From a virus (lineage: Duplodnaviria > Heunggongvirae > Uroviricota > Caudoviricetes), in IMG/VR virus record IMGVR_UViG_3300029828_000038, positions 1 through 19,305 of that record: a stretch of DNA of 19,305 nucleotides, one strand, 5' to 3'. Shown one piece after another: positions 5,244-13,290 of this stretch (position 1 is the first letter of the stretch; each line of letters starts with the position of its first letter). The notes below the pieces were generated by a model. The model worked only from the letters and a program-made list of their open reading frames with translations, made no database searches and was not told the origin of the DNA. The translations under genes were made by a program, and so were the position numbers.

Positions 5244-7000
5244 TGGCAAAAGTGGCTGACGGGATCCGCTACGCCGAACGTGTTGTTGCAGGAGAAATTG
5301 TCGCTGGCGAATTTGTCCGTCTGGCCTGCCAGCGTTTTCTTGATGATCTGAAGTACGGCGAAGAGCGGGGGATTTATTTCAGTGAACCCCGTGCGCAGCA
5401 CATCCTGAATTTCTACAAATTTGTGCCCCATGTAAAAGGGGCGCTGGCAGGCCAGCCCATTGAACTGATGGACTGGCATGTATTTATTCTCATTAATATT
5501 TTTGGTTTTGTCATTCCGCTGGTCAATGAAGAGACCAGGGAAGTTGTTATGCGCAGCGATGGCAGCGGACGTCCGGTGATGGTGCGCCGGTTCCGGACGG
5601 CGTACAACGAAGTCGCCCGTAAAAACGCAAAATCAACCCTGTCATCGGGTATCGGTCTGTATATGACGGGGGCAGATGGTGAAGGCGGGGCTGAGGTGTA
5701 TTCAGCCGCAACCACGCGTGACCAGGCCAGAATCGTGTTTGAAGACGCCAAAAATATGGTCAGAAAAGCCCGGTCGACACTCGGGCGATTGTTTGATTTC
5801 AACAAGCTGGCGATTTACCAGGAGCAGAGCGCATCAAAATTTGAACCGCTTTCTTCGGATGCAAACAACCTGGATGGTCTGAACATCCACTGCGCCATTA
5901 TTGATGAGCTGCATGCACATAAAACCCGCGACGTGTGGGACGTTCTGGAAACGGCAACTGGTGCCCGTCTGCAGTCCCTGTTATTTGGTATCACCACGGC
6001 TGGCTTTAACAAGGAAGGGATTTGTTACGAGCAACGCGATTACGCCATCAAGGTATTGCGTGGCTATAACAGTGACGTGGAGGGCGCGGTAAAAGACGAC
6101 TCTTACTTTGCGATCATTTACACGCTCGATGAGGGAGATGATCCGTTTGATGAAACGGTCTGGCAGAAAGCGAATCCCGGCCTGGGCATCTGTAAACGCT
6201 GGGATGATTTGCGTCGTCTGGCGAAAAAAGCGAAGGAGCAGGTTTCTGCGCGGGTGAATTTTTTCACGAAACACATGAATGTGTGGGTCACTGCCGAATC
6301 TGCCTGGATGGACATGATTAAGTGGGAGAAGTGCGAATACATTGCTCCACAGCATGAGCTGAAAACATATCCCATGTGGGTCGGTGTAGACCTTGCTCAT
6401 AAGATTGATATCTGTGCGGCGGCAAAACTCTGGCGAACCGATAACGGACATGTTCATGCTGATTTTAAATTCTGGCTCCCGGAAGGACGGCTGGAGCGGT
6501 GCTCGCGGCAGCAGGCAGAACTTTACCGGAAATGGGCGGAGATGGATAAGCTCATCCTGACGGATGGTGATGTTATCGATCATGCTCAGATAAAAAGTGA
6601 CTTACTGGAATGGATTGGTGGTGAAAACCTGAGGGAGCTGGGATTTGACCCGTGGAGTGCAATGCAGTTCAGTCTGGCTCTGGCTGAAGAAGGGATACCG
6701 CTGGTGGAAGTTCCGCAGACGGTCCGCAATCTGTCAGAGGCTATGAAGGAAACGGAATCACTGGTCTATGCCGGGCGTTTTCACCACAGCAATCACCCGG
6801 TCATGAACTGGATGATGTCTAACGTTACGGTAAAACCGGACAAAAACGACAATATCTTCCCGAACAAATCCACGCCTGAAGCCAAAATCGACGGTCCTGT
6901 TGCGATGTTTACAGCAATGAGCCGGATGCTGGTCAATGGCGGTGAACCGGAGCCGGATCTGTCTGAGCATCTGGTCAGCGTTGGTATTCGCTCGCTTTAA
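5243..7000 (+). CDS. Terminase large subunit (Terminase_1-like)
   Basis: 585 aa, size and position typical. ATPase-like N-terminal region and nuclease-like C-terminal region by pattern. Coupled to the small subunit. Confidence 0.9.
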   Translation: MAKVADGIRYAERVVAGEIVAGEFVRLACQRFLDDLKYGEERGIYFSEPRAQHILNFYKFVPHVKGALAGQPIELMDWHVFILINIFGFVIPLVNEETREVVMRSDGSGRPVMVRRFRTAYNEVARKNAKSTLSSGIGLYMTGADGEGGAEVYSAATTRDQARIVFEDAKNMVRKARSTLGRLFDFNKLAIYQEQSASKFEPLSSDANNLDGLNIHCAIIDELHAHKTRDVWDVLETATGARLQSLLFGITTAGFNKEGICYEQRDYAIKVLRGYNSDVEGAVKDDSYFAIIYTLDEGDDPFDETVWQKANPGLGICKRWDDLRRLAKKAKEQVSARVNFFTKHMNVWVTAESAWMDMIKWEKCEYIAPQHELKTYPMWVGVDLAHKIDICAAAKLWRTDNGHVHADFKFWLPEGRLERCSRQQAELYRKWAEMDKLILTDGDVIDHAQIKSDLLEWIGGENLRELGFDPWSAMQFSLALAEEGIPLVEVPQTVRNLSEAMKETESLVYAGRFHHSNHPVMNWMMSNVTVKPDKNDNIFPNKSTPEAKIDGPVAMFTAMSRMLVNGGEPEPDLSEHLVSVGIRSL

Positions 7001-7011
7001 CCGAGGGCATT

Positions 7012-7194
7012 ATGTTTCTGATAATTCTCACGCCACTGGTGGGCGTGCTGGGGGCGCTTTTGCTGGCGTATGGCGCCTGGCTGATTTATCCCCCGGCAGG
7101 TTTTGTTGTTGCCGGGGCGCTGTGTCTGTGCTGGTCGTGGCTGGTTGCGCGTTATCTCGATCGCGGTCACCGGGTCGCCTCTGGAGGTGAGTAA
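7012..7194 (+). CDS. Small two-helix membrane protein (60 aa) between terminase and portal
   Basis: ATG at 7012, 11 nt after the terL stop, with GAGGG upstream. Product [60 protein letters not shown] has two hydrophobic helices and a charged tail. Its stop TAA overlaps the portal ATG (TAATG). Confidence 0.5.
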   Translation: MFLIILTPLVGVLGALLLAYGAWLIYPPAGFVVAGALCLCWSWLVARYLDRGHRVASGGE

Positions 7195-8435
7195 TGTTTT
7201 TCCAGGGGCTTTTTCAACGCAAAAATAACACCCCCGTCACAACGCCCGGGATGCTTGCGGAAGAGCTGGGGTTGTCATACGACACCTATACCGGAAAGCG
7301 GATCAGCAGCCAGCGGGCCATGCGGCTGACGGCGGTCTATTCCTGCGTCAGGGTGCTGGCTGAGTCTGTTGGTATGCTGCCCTGCAGTCTCTACAAAATC
7401 AGCGGCACCCTTAAAACACGGGCGGTGGATGAACGGCTGCATAAGCTGATTTCGGCAAAACCCAATGGCTACATGACGCCGCAGGAATTCTGGGAACTGG
7501 TTATCGTCTGCCTGTGTCTGCGGGGTAATTTTTACGCCTACAAGGTAAAGGCACTGGGGGAAGTGGTGGAGCTTCTTCCGATAGATCCGGGCTGTGTGGA
7601 ACCGAAGCTGAACAGCCAGTGGCAGCCGGTTTATCAGGTGACGTTTCCGGATGGTTCCGTGGATGTGCTGACCCAGAATGAAATCTGGCATGTGCGTACC
7701 CTGACGCTGGATGGACTTGTCGGTCTGAATCCCATTGCATATGCGCGCGAGGCCATTTCACTGGCAGCGGCAACCGAGGAGCATGGTGCCAGATTGTTTG
7801 GCAATGGCGCGGTAACATCCGGTGTGTTGCGTACGGATCAACAACTTTCTGACCAGGCTTATGCGCGTATCAAAAAGGATTTTGAGGAACGGCATGTCGG
7901 GCTGGGAAACTCTCATCGTCCGATGATTCTGGAAATGGGGCTGGACTGGAAAACGGTGGCACTGAATGCCGAGGACAGCCAGTTCCTGGAAACCCGCAAG
8001 TTTCAGCTGGAAGAAATCTGTCGCCTGTTCCGCGTGCCGCTGCATATGGTGCAGAACACCGATCGCGCCACCTTCAACAATATTGAAGAGCTGGGGCTTG
8101 GTTTCATTAACTATTCCCTTGTGCCGTATCTGACCCGTATTGAGCAGCGGATCAATACAGGGCTGGTCAGGGAGAGCAAGCAGGGAAAATTTTACGCCAA
8201 GTTTAATGCCGGAGCATTGTTGCGTGGCGACATGAAATCCCGCTTTGAAGCGTATGCCACGGGGATCAACTGGGGGATTTATTCCCCTAATGACTGCCGT
8301 GATCTGGAAGATATGAATCCCCGACCGGGCGGTGATGTGTATCTGACACCGATGAACATGACCACCAGTCCCTCTGCTGGCGATGACAACGGTAAGAAAA
8401 AGGAGAGTGGAGATGCAGACAAAACAGCGTCTTGA
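7194..8435 (+). CDS. Portal protein, HK97 family
   Basis: 413 aa, immediately downstream of terminase and upstream of the prohead protease. Sequence pattern typical of Phage_portal family. Confidence 0.9.
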   Translation: MFFQGLFQRKNNTPVTTPGMLAEELGLSYDTYTGKRISSQRAMRLTAVYSCVRVLAESVGMLPCSLYKISGTLKTRAVDERLHKLISAKPNGYMTPQEFWELVIVCLCLRGNFYAYKVKALGEVVELLPIDPGCVEPKLNSQWQPVYQVTFPDGSVDVLTQNEIWHVRTLTLDGLVGLNPIAYAREAISLAAATEEHGARLFGNGAVTSGVLRTDQQLSDQAYARIKKDFEERHVGLGNSHRPMILEMGLDWKTVALNAEDSQFLETRKFQLEEICRLFRVPLHMVQNTDRATFNNIEELGLGFINYSLVPYLTRIEQRINTGLVRESKQGKFYAKFNAGALLRGDMKSRFEAYATGINWGIYSPNDCRDLEDMNPRPGGDVYLTPMNMTTSPSAGDDNGKKKESGDADKTAS

Positions 8436-9063
8436 TATACCGCTGAACCTGAAATCCGTCAGTGATTCCGGGGAATTTGAAGGTTACGGTTCTGTTTTTG
8501 GTGTTAAGGACAGCCACGATGATGTGGTGGTCCCCGGAGCCTTTACCACAACACTCCAGAAATGGAGCGAAAAAAAGGCGCTGCCTGCGTTGCTCTGGCA
8601 GCACCGCATGGATGAGCCCATCGGTGTGTACACCGAAATGAAAGAAGATGATGTCGGGCTTTATGTCAGGGGACGATTACTCATTGATGATGATCCCCTG
8701 GCAAAACGTGCACATGCCCATATGAAGGCCGGTTCTTTAACCGGCCTTTCTATTGGCTACATCCTGAAAGACTGGGAGTACGACCGGGAAAAAGGGGTAT
8801 TCCTGCTGAAAGAGATCGACCTGTGGGAGGTCAGTCTGGTGACGTTTCCTTCCAATGATGAAGCACGCATCAGCGATGTGAAAAATGCGCTGGCGCGTGG
8901 GGAGATCCCTGATCAGAAAATTATTGAGCGGGTCCTGCGCGATGTTGGACTCTCGCGAACCCAGGCCAAAGCATTCATGGCCGGGGGATATGGCGCTTTA
9001 TCCCTGCGTGATGCTGAGGATGTGGATGCCGCACTGAATGCACTGAAAAATCTTAAATTTTAA
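8413..9063 (+). CDS. Prohead protease, HK97 family (peptidase S78/U35)
   Basis: ATG at 8413 with AAGGAGAGTGGAG upstream. Chosen over the track start 8383, which has no RBS. Conserved region GYGSVFGVKDSHDDVVVPGAF and position between portal and capsid. Confidence 0.85.
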   Translation: MQTKQRLDIPLNLKSVSDSGEFEGYGSVFGVKDSHDDVVVPGAFTTTLQKWSEKKALPALLWQHRMDEPIGVYTEMKEDDVGLYVRGRLLIDDDPLAKRAHAHMKAGSLTGLSIGYILKDWEYDREKGVFLLKEIDLWEVSLVTFPSNDEARISDVKNALARGEIPDQKIIERVLRDVGLSRTQAKAFMAGGYGALSLRDAEDVDAALNALKNLKF

Positions 9064-9076
9064 TCAGGAGTAAATA

Positions 9077-10303
9077 ATGGCTGTTGATATTAAAGACGTT
9101 GAACAGGTCGCGCAGGATTTGCAGCAGAAGTTTGACGATTTTAAGGCAAAAAACGACAAGCGCATTGACGCGATCGAACAGGAAAAAGGCAAGCTGGCCG
9201 AACAGGTGGAAAGCCTGAACGGGCAAATCAGCGAGCTGGAGAACCTGAAAAGCGACCTGGAAAAAGAGCTGGCAGACATCAAGCGTCCGGCAGGCGGCAC
9301 GCAAAATAAAGTTGCCGGTGAACACAAAGAAGCGTTTATCGGATTTATGCGCAAGGGGCGTGAAGACGGTCTGCGTGAACTTGAACGTAAGGCGCTTCAG
9401 GTAGGTAATGATGAAGATGGTGGTTATGCCATTCCGGAAGAACTGGATCGTACCATCCTGACGCTACTGAAAGATGAGGTGGTGATGCGCCAGGAAGCCA
9501 CTGTGATCACCCTCGGTGGCTCGGATTATAAAAAACTGGTGAATCTGGGCGGCACAACGTCCGGATGGGTGGGGGAAACGGATGCTCGTCCGGAAACCGC
9601 CACCTCAAAACTGGGTCTGATTGAACCCTTTATGGGGGAAATCTACGGCAACCCGCAGGCCACCCAGAAAATGCTCGATGATGCTTTCTTCAATGTGGAA
9701 GACTGGATCAACAGTGAGCTGGCGCTGGAATTTGCCGAGCAGGAAGAAATTGCCTTTACCAGTGGCGACGGCAGCAAAAAACCAAAAGGTTTTCTGGCTT
9801 ACGAGTCCACCGATGAAGATGACAAGACCCGTGCGTTTGGCAAACTTCAGCACATTGCTTCCGGTGCGGCTTCCGGCGTGACTGCCGATGCGATCATTAA
9901 ACTGATTTACACCCTGCGCAAGGCGCACCGCAGCGGCGCGAAGTTTATGATGAACAACAGCAGCCTGTTTGCCATTCGTCTGCTGAAGGATAACGACGGA
10001 AATTATCTGTGGCGTCCGGGTATTGAGCTGGGTCAGCCTTCTTCTCTGGCAGGGTATGGCATCGTTGAGAATGAACAGATGCCGGATATTGCTGCCGATG
10101 CAAAAGCCATTGCGTTTGGTAACTTCAAACGTGGCTATACCATCGTTGATCGCATCGGTACCCGTATCCTGCGCGATCCGTACACCAATAAACCGTTTGT
10201 GGGTTTTTACACCACCAAGCGAACCGGCGGTATGCTGGTGGATTCTCAGGCGATTAAGCTGATGAAAATTGGGGCCGCAACCCGCCAGAAAGCCGCTGCG
10301 TAA
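9077..10303 (+). CDS. Major capsid protein, HK97 family, with N-terminal coiled-coil delta (scaffold) domain
   Basis: ATG at 9077 with AGGAG upstream. 408 aa. The N-terminal ~100 aa is a coiled-coil (KFDDFKAKNDKRIDAIEQEKGKLAEQVESLNGQISELENLKSDLEKELADIK), followed by a capsid-fold region. Confidence 0.9.
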   Translation: MAVDIKDVEQVAQDLQQKFDDFKAKNDKRIDAIEQEKGKLAEQVESLNGQISELENLKSDLEKELADIKRPAGGTQNKVAGEHKEAFIGFMRKGREDGLRELERKALQVGNDEDGGYAIPEELDRTILTLLKDEVVMRQEATVITLGGSDYKKLVNLGGTTSGWVGETDARPETATSKLGLIEPFMGEIYGNPQATQKMLDDAFFNVEDWINSELALEFAEQEEIAFTSGDGSKKPKGFLAYESTDEDDKTRAFGKLQHIASGAASGVTADAIIKLIYTLRKAHRSGAKFMMNNSSLFAIRLLKDNDGNYLWRPGIELGQPSSLAGYGIVENEQMPDIAADAKAIAFGNFKRGYTIVDRIGTRILRDPYTNKPFVGFYTTKRTGGMLVDSQAIKLMKIGAATRQKAAA

Positions 10304-10336
10304 TGCGGTTTTTTATGCCCGCACAGTGTTGCGGGC
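10293..10336 (+). terminator. Structured intercistronic element after the major capsid gene (weak terminator-like hairpin plus a second strong hairpin)
   Basis: CCGC (10293-10296) / GCGG (10305-10308) followed by T6 (10309-10314), then the perfect hairpin GCCCGCA (10317-10323) / TGCGGGC (10330-10336) directly before the RBS of the next gene. Confidence 0.3.
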
Positions 10337-10347
10337 AGGAGTTTCTG

Positions 10348-10665
10348 ATGGCAGCAATAGTGGAAAAACTCAGGGCGCAGTGCCGTATTGATACAGATGA
10401 TGCAACTGATGATGAGTTACTGATGCTGTATTTCCGGGCTGCCTGCCGCAAGGCAGAAAATTTTATCAACCGTAAGCTTTATGAGGAGACGGTGCCGGAA
10501 GGTGATCCTGACGGGGTGCTTATAGCTGATGATGTTTTGCTGGCGCTCATGTTGCTGGTCGGACACTGGTACGAAAACCGGGAAAATTCCTCAGATGTCA
10601 GCAAGGCACCAGTTCCGTTTGGTTTTTCTTCTCTGCTGGAGCCTTATCGTTTTATTCCTTTGTAG
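10348..10665 (+). CDS. Head-tail adaptor / connector protein (gp6-like, Phage_connect_1)
   Basis: ATG at 10348 with GGGCAGGAG upstream. Chosen over the track start 10303, which would read through the hairpins. Motif MAAIVEKLRAQCRIDTDDATDDELL typical of this family. Confidence 0.8.
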   Translation: MAAIVEKLRAQCRIDTDDATDDELLMLYFRAACRKAENFINRKLYEETVPEGDPDGVLIADDVLLALMLLVGHWYENRENSSDVSKAPVPFGFSSLLEPYRFIPL

Positions 10666-10673
10666 GAGGAACC

Positions 10674-11012
10674 ATGCAGGCGGGCAGATTACGTGATCGC
10701 GTAACTATTCTGAATGTCACCACCGTCCGTTCTCCGTCAGGGCATCCGGTGGAGACAATGACGGAGGGGGCAACCGTATGGGCAGAAGTTAAGGGGATCA
10801 GCGGGAGGGAGAGAATATCAGGAGGTGCAGAAACCGCTCAGGCTACGGTCAGAGTCTGGATGCGATTTCGGCGCGATGTGACAGCGACTTCACGTCTGAA
10901 AGTGCTGACCGGTGCATTTAAAGGGGTCACTCTTGGTATAGAAGGGCCACCAATACCGGATGCACGCGCCACCCGGCTTGAAATGCTCTGCAGTCTGAAG
11001 GGGAATGTGTGA
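10674..11012 (+). CDS. Head closure protein (Phage_H_T_join, SPP1 gp16-like)
   Basis: ATG at 10674 with GGAGGA upstream. 112 aa with pattern RDRVTI...VWAEVKGISGRE. Position after the adaptor. Confidence 0.8.
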   Translation: MQAGRLRDRVTILNVTTVRSPSGHPVETMTEGATVWAEVKGISGRERISGGAETAQATVRVWMRFRRDVTATSRLKVLTGAFKGVTLGIEGPPIPDARATRLEMLCSLKGNV

Positions 11013-11458
11013 TGGATTTCAGTCTTGATTTTTCAGGTCTGGCGGATATTGCACGGGATCTGGAGACGCTCAGCAGGGCAGAAAACAATAAGGTTCTGCG
11101 CGATGCCACCCGTGCCGGTGCTGAAGTTATGCGGGATGCAGTTGTTGAACGTGCGCCGGAGCGAACCGGGAAACTGAAGAAAAATGTGGTTGTTCTCACG
11201 CAGCGTTCAAAGCGTCGGGGGGAAATTATCTCGGGTGTCCACATTCGCGGACGGAACCTGCGAACCGGAAACAGTGATAACAGCATGAAAGCCAGCGATC
11301 CCCGAAATGCGTTTTACTGGCGCTTTGTGGAGCTGGGAACGATAAACATGCCCGCGCATCCGTTCATTCGCCCGGCTTTCGATACGACAGAGGAACTGGC
11401 AGCACAGATTGCCATACAGCGAATGAATCAGGCTATTGATGAGGTCTTAAGTAAATGA
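11012..11458 (+). CDS. HK97 gp10-family protein (neck / tail-completion)
   Basis: ATG at 11012 overlapping the upstream stop (TGATG); the track begins 3 nt earlier at GTG 11009. Motif VVERAPERTGKLKKN and ...HPFIRPAF typical of the family. Confidence 0.8.
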   Translation: MDFSLDFSGLADIARDLETLSRAENNKVLRDATRAGAEVMRDAVVERAPERTGKLKKNVVVLTQRSKRRGEIISGVHIRGRNLRTGNSDNSMKASDPRNAFYWRFVELGTINMPAHPFIRPAFDTTEELAAQIAIQRMNQAIDEVLSK

Positions 11459-11799
11459 GGGAAGCCACACTGTATTCCCTGCTGTCTCAACTGGCCGGAG
11501 GACAGGTTTATCCTTATGTGGTCCCGCTGACGGAGGGAAAGCCTGCGGTATCTCCGCCGTGGCTGGTGTTTTCTGTGGTGTCTGACACGGCGTCTGATGT
11601 GCTTGATGGTCAGGCTGAATCCAGAATTACCGTGCAGATCGATGTCTGGGCAACAGTACCTGATGACGCAGATGATATCCGTGAGCAGGCGCTTGATGCG
11701 GTAAGGCAACTTGCACCCTCCGTTATTTCTAAAACTCAGGGTTATGATCCTGATTCCCGTCTGAGCAGAGCCACGCTTGAATTTCAGGTAATAGCCTGA
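11455..11799 (+). CDS. Tail terminator-like protein (DUF3168-like, lambda gpU position)
   Basis: ATG at 11455 overlapping the upstream stop (ATGA). 114 aa. Position directly upstream of the major tail protein. Confidence 0.7.
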   Translation: MREATLYSLLSQLAGGQVYPYVVPLTEGKPAVSPPWLVFSVVSDTASDVLDGQAESRITVQIDVWATVPDDADDIREQALDAVRQLAPSVISKTQGYDPDSRLSRATLEFQVIA

Positions 11800-11820
11800 G
11801 GTCGTTAATGATTTTACCCA

Positions 11821-11846
11821 CCCGCCGCTGGCGGGTTTTTTATTTT
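11821..11846 (+). terminator. Terminator-like hairpin plus T-tract between tail terminator and major tail genes
   Basis: Stem CCCGCC / GGCGGG with loop GCT (11821-11835), followed by TTTTTTATTTT. Immediately upstream of the RBS CAGGAGACG of the major tail gene. Confidence 0.45.
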
Positions 11847-11858
11847 CAGGAGACGAGT

Positions 11859-12563
11859 ATGTCCTCTAATTTTGAGCGTTCGCAACTGACGAAAATTATG
11901 ATTTCGTCTGCACCGGTAACAGCAGAAACCCTGGATTCTGCCAGCTATCTTGGCCTGAGCTGTACAATCAAAGAGGTGCAGTTTACCGCAGGACAAAAGC
12001 AGGATATTGATGTCACCACGCTGTGTTCTGTTGAGCAGGAAAATATTAACGGCCTTGGTGCCGCGTCAGAGATTTCCATGTCAGGCAACTTTTACCTCAA
12101 TGCTGCCCAGAACGCGTTGCGCAGTGCCTATGACAATGACACCACGTATGGCTTTAAAGTTATTTTTCCGTCAGGCAACGGATTTACCTTTATGGCAGAG
12201 GTGCGTCAGCATACCTGGTCTGCAGGAACTAATGGTGTTGTGGCTGCAACGTTTTCCCTGCGCCTGAAAGGTAAACCTGTGCTGACGACAGAGCCGCTGA
12301 AAGTGAAGGTCGATTTAAACAGCACGCTGCAGGTTTCTGCCGGAGCGAAACTCGAAATGGTGGTTGAGGCTGCCGGTGGTGTGCCGCCTTATTCTTATGT
12401 CTGGAAGAAAGGTAGTTCTCCTGTTTCCGGACAGACGGCGGCAACATTCAGTAAGGCATCAGCAGCATCAGGTGATGCCGGTGCGTATACCTGCGAGATT
12501 TCTGATTCAGCAAGCCCTGTTAACAAGGTGACCTCCACTTCCTGCACTGTTACCGTCAGTTAA
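11859..12563 (+). CDS. Major tail (tube) protein with C-terminal Ig-like (Big_2-type) domain
   Basis: ATG at 11859 with AGGAGACGAG upstream; the track start 11808 would read through the hairpin. The C-terminal ~90 aa has the Ig-like signature (...PPYSYVWKKG...AGAYTCEISDSAS...TVTVS). Confidence 0.85.
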   Translation: MSSNFERSQLTKIMISSAPVTAETLDSASYLGLSCTIKEVQFTAGQKQDIDVTTLCSVEQENINGLGAASEISMSGNFYLNAAQNALRSAYDNDTTYGFKVIFPSGNGFTFMAEVRQHTWSAGTNGVVAATFSLRLKGKPVLTTEPLKVKVDLNSTLQVSAGAKLEMVVEAAGGVPPYSYVWKKGSSPVSGQTAATFSKASAASGDAGAYTCEISDSASPVNKVTSTSCTVTVS

Positions 12564-12577
12564 TGAGGATAGATGTG

Positions 12578-12949
12578 ATGACTAAAAATATCCGCAATCT
12601 GGCACTGGCAACGATGTCGGGGTTTCGCCATAAAACTGTTGATGTGCCTGAATGGGAAGGGGCAACGGTTGTATTACGGGAACCTTCTGCAGAAGCCTGG
12701 TTGCGCTGGCAGGAGATCGTTAAAGCAAAAGATGATGAGACACCGTTATCCGTTGCGGAGCGCGCCCGCCGAAATCTGGAGGCAGATGTTGAACTGTTCA
12801 TTGATGTTCTGTGTGATACCGGACTGCAACCTGTATTTTCAGAGGATGATCGTGAACAGGTGATTGCCGTGTATGGCCCGGTGCATGCGCGGCTTCTTCG
12901 GCAGTCTCTGGAACTGATCAGTGATGCCGGCGAGGTTAAAAAAAAGTAG
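12578..12949 (+). CDS. Tail assembly chaperone (lambda gpG equivalent)
   Basis: ATG at 12578 with GAGGATAGATGTG upstream; the alternative start is ATG 12563, coupled as TAATG. The ORF ends ...GEVKKK then TAG 12947-12949, immediately after the slippery heptamer. Confidence 0.75.
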   Translation: MTKNIRNLALATMSGFRHKTVDVPEWEGATVVLREPSAEAWLRWQEIVKAKDDETPLSVAERARRNLEADVELFIDVLCDTGLQPVFSEDDREQVIAVYGPVHARLLRQSLELISDAGEVKKK

Positions 12950-13251
12950 AGCTTCCGGGGATGCGTTTTCTGATGATGCTGGCGCTCAGGATGGGGCGCA
13001 CATTGTCAGAGTTACGCCGGGAAATGTCCGCATCAGAAATCATGATGTGGGCAGAATTTGACAGGTACAGCCCGCTGGGTGACGAGCGGGCTGATATCCG
13101 GGCTGCCCAGATAGTTTCTGCGGTTTACGGTGCGCAGGGTGTCAAAGTCCCACTGAATGATGCGCTTCTTCAGTGGGAACAAGAGCAGACAGAAGGCGTC
13201 TCAGATCCATTTGCCGGACTGGAAAACGCGCTTTTAATAGTGTCTCAGTGA
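12578..13251 (+). CDS. Tail assembly chaperone frameshift fusion product (lambda gpGT equivalent), made by a -1 shift at 12940-12946
   Basis: Frame relationship verified by hand: G is in frame 2 and the downstream ORF (track 12961..13251) is in frame 1. The fusion would read ...GEVKKK-VELPGMRFLMML... to the stop at 13249-13251. Position between major tail and tape measure matches the conserved G/GT arrangement. Confidence 0.6.
12940..12946 (+). other. Slippery heptamer A AAA AAG for -1 programmed ribosomal frameshift (G to GT)
   Basis: In the G frame the codons are AAA (12941) AAG (12944) TAG (12947). The -1 frame has a stop at 12937-12939 and is open from 12940 (AAA AAA GTA GAG CTT CCG GGG ATG...) into the downstream ORF ending 13251. 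Confidence 0.65.
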
Positions 13252-13260
13252 GTCAACATA

Positions 13261-13280
13261 ACCGCTTCGGCGGTTTTTTT
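13261..13280 (+). terminator. Terminator-like hairpin (UUCG tetraloop) plus T-tract upstream of the tape measure gene
   Basis: ACCGC-TTCG-GCGGT (13261-13274) followed by T7, then the RBS GGAGA and ATG 13291. Confidence 0.45.
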
Positions 13281-13290
13281 CGTCCGGAGA

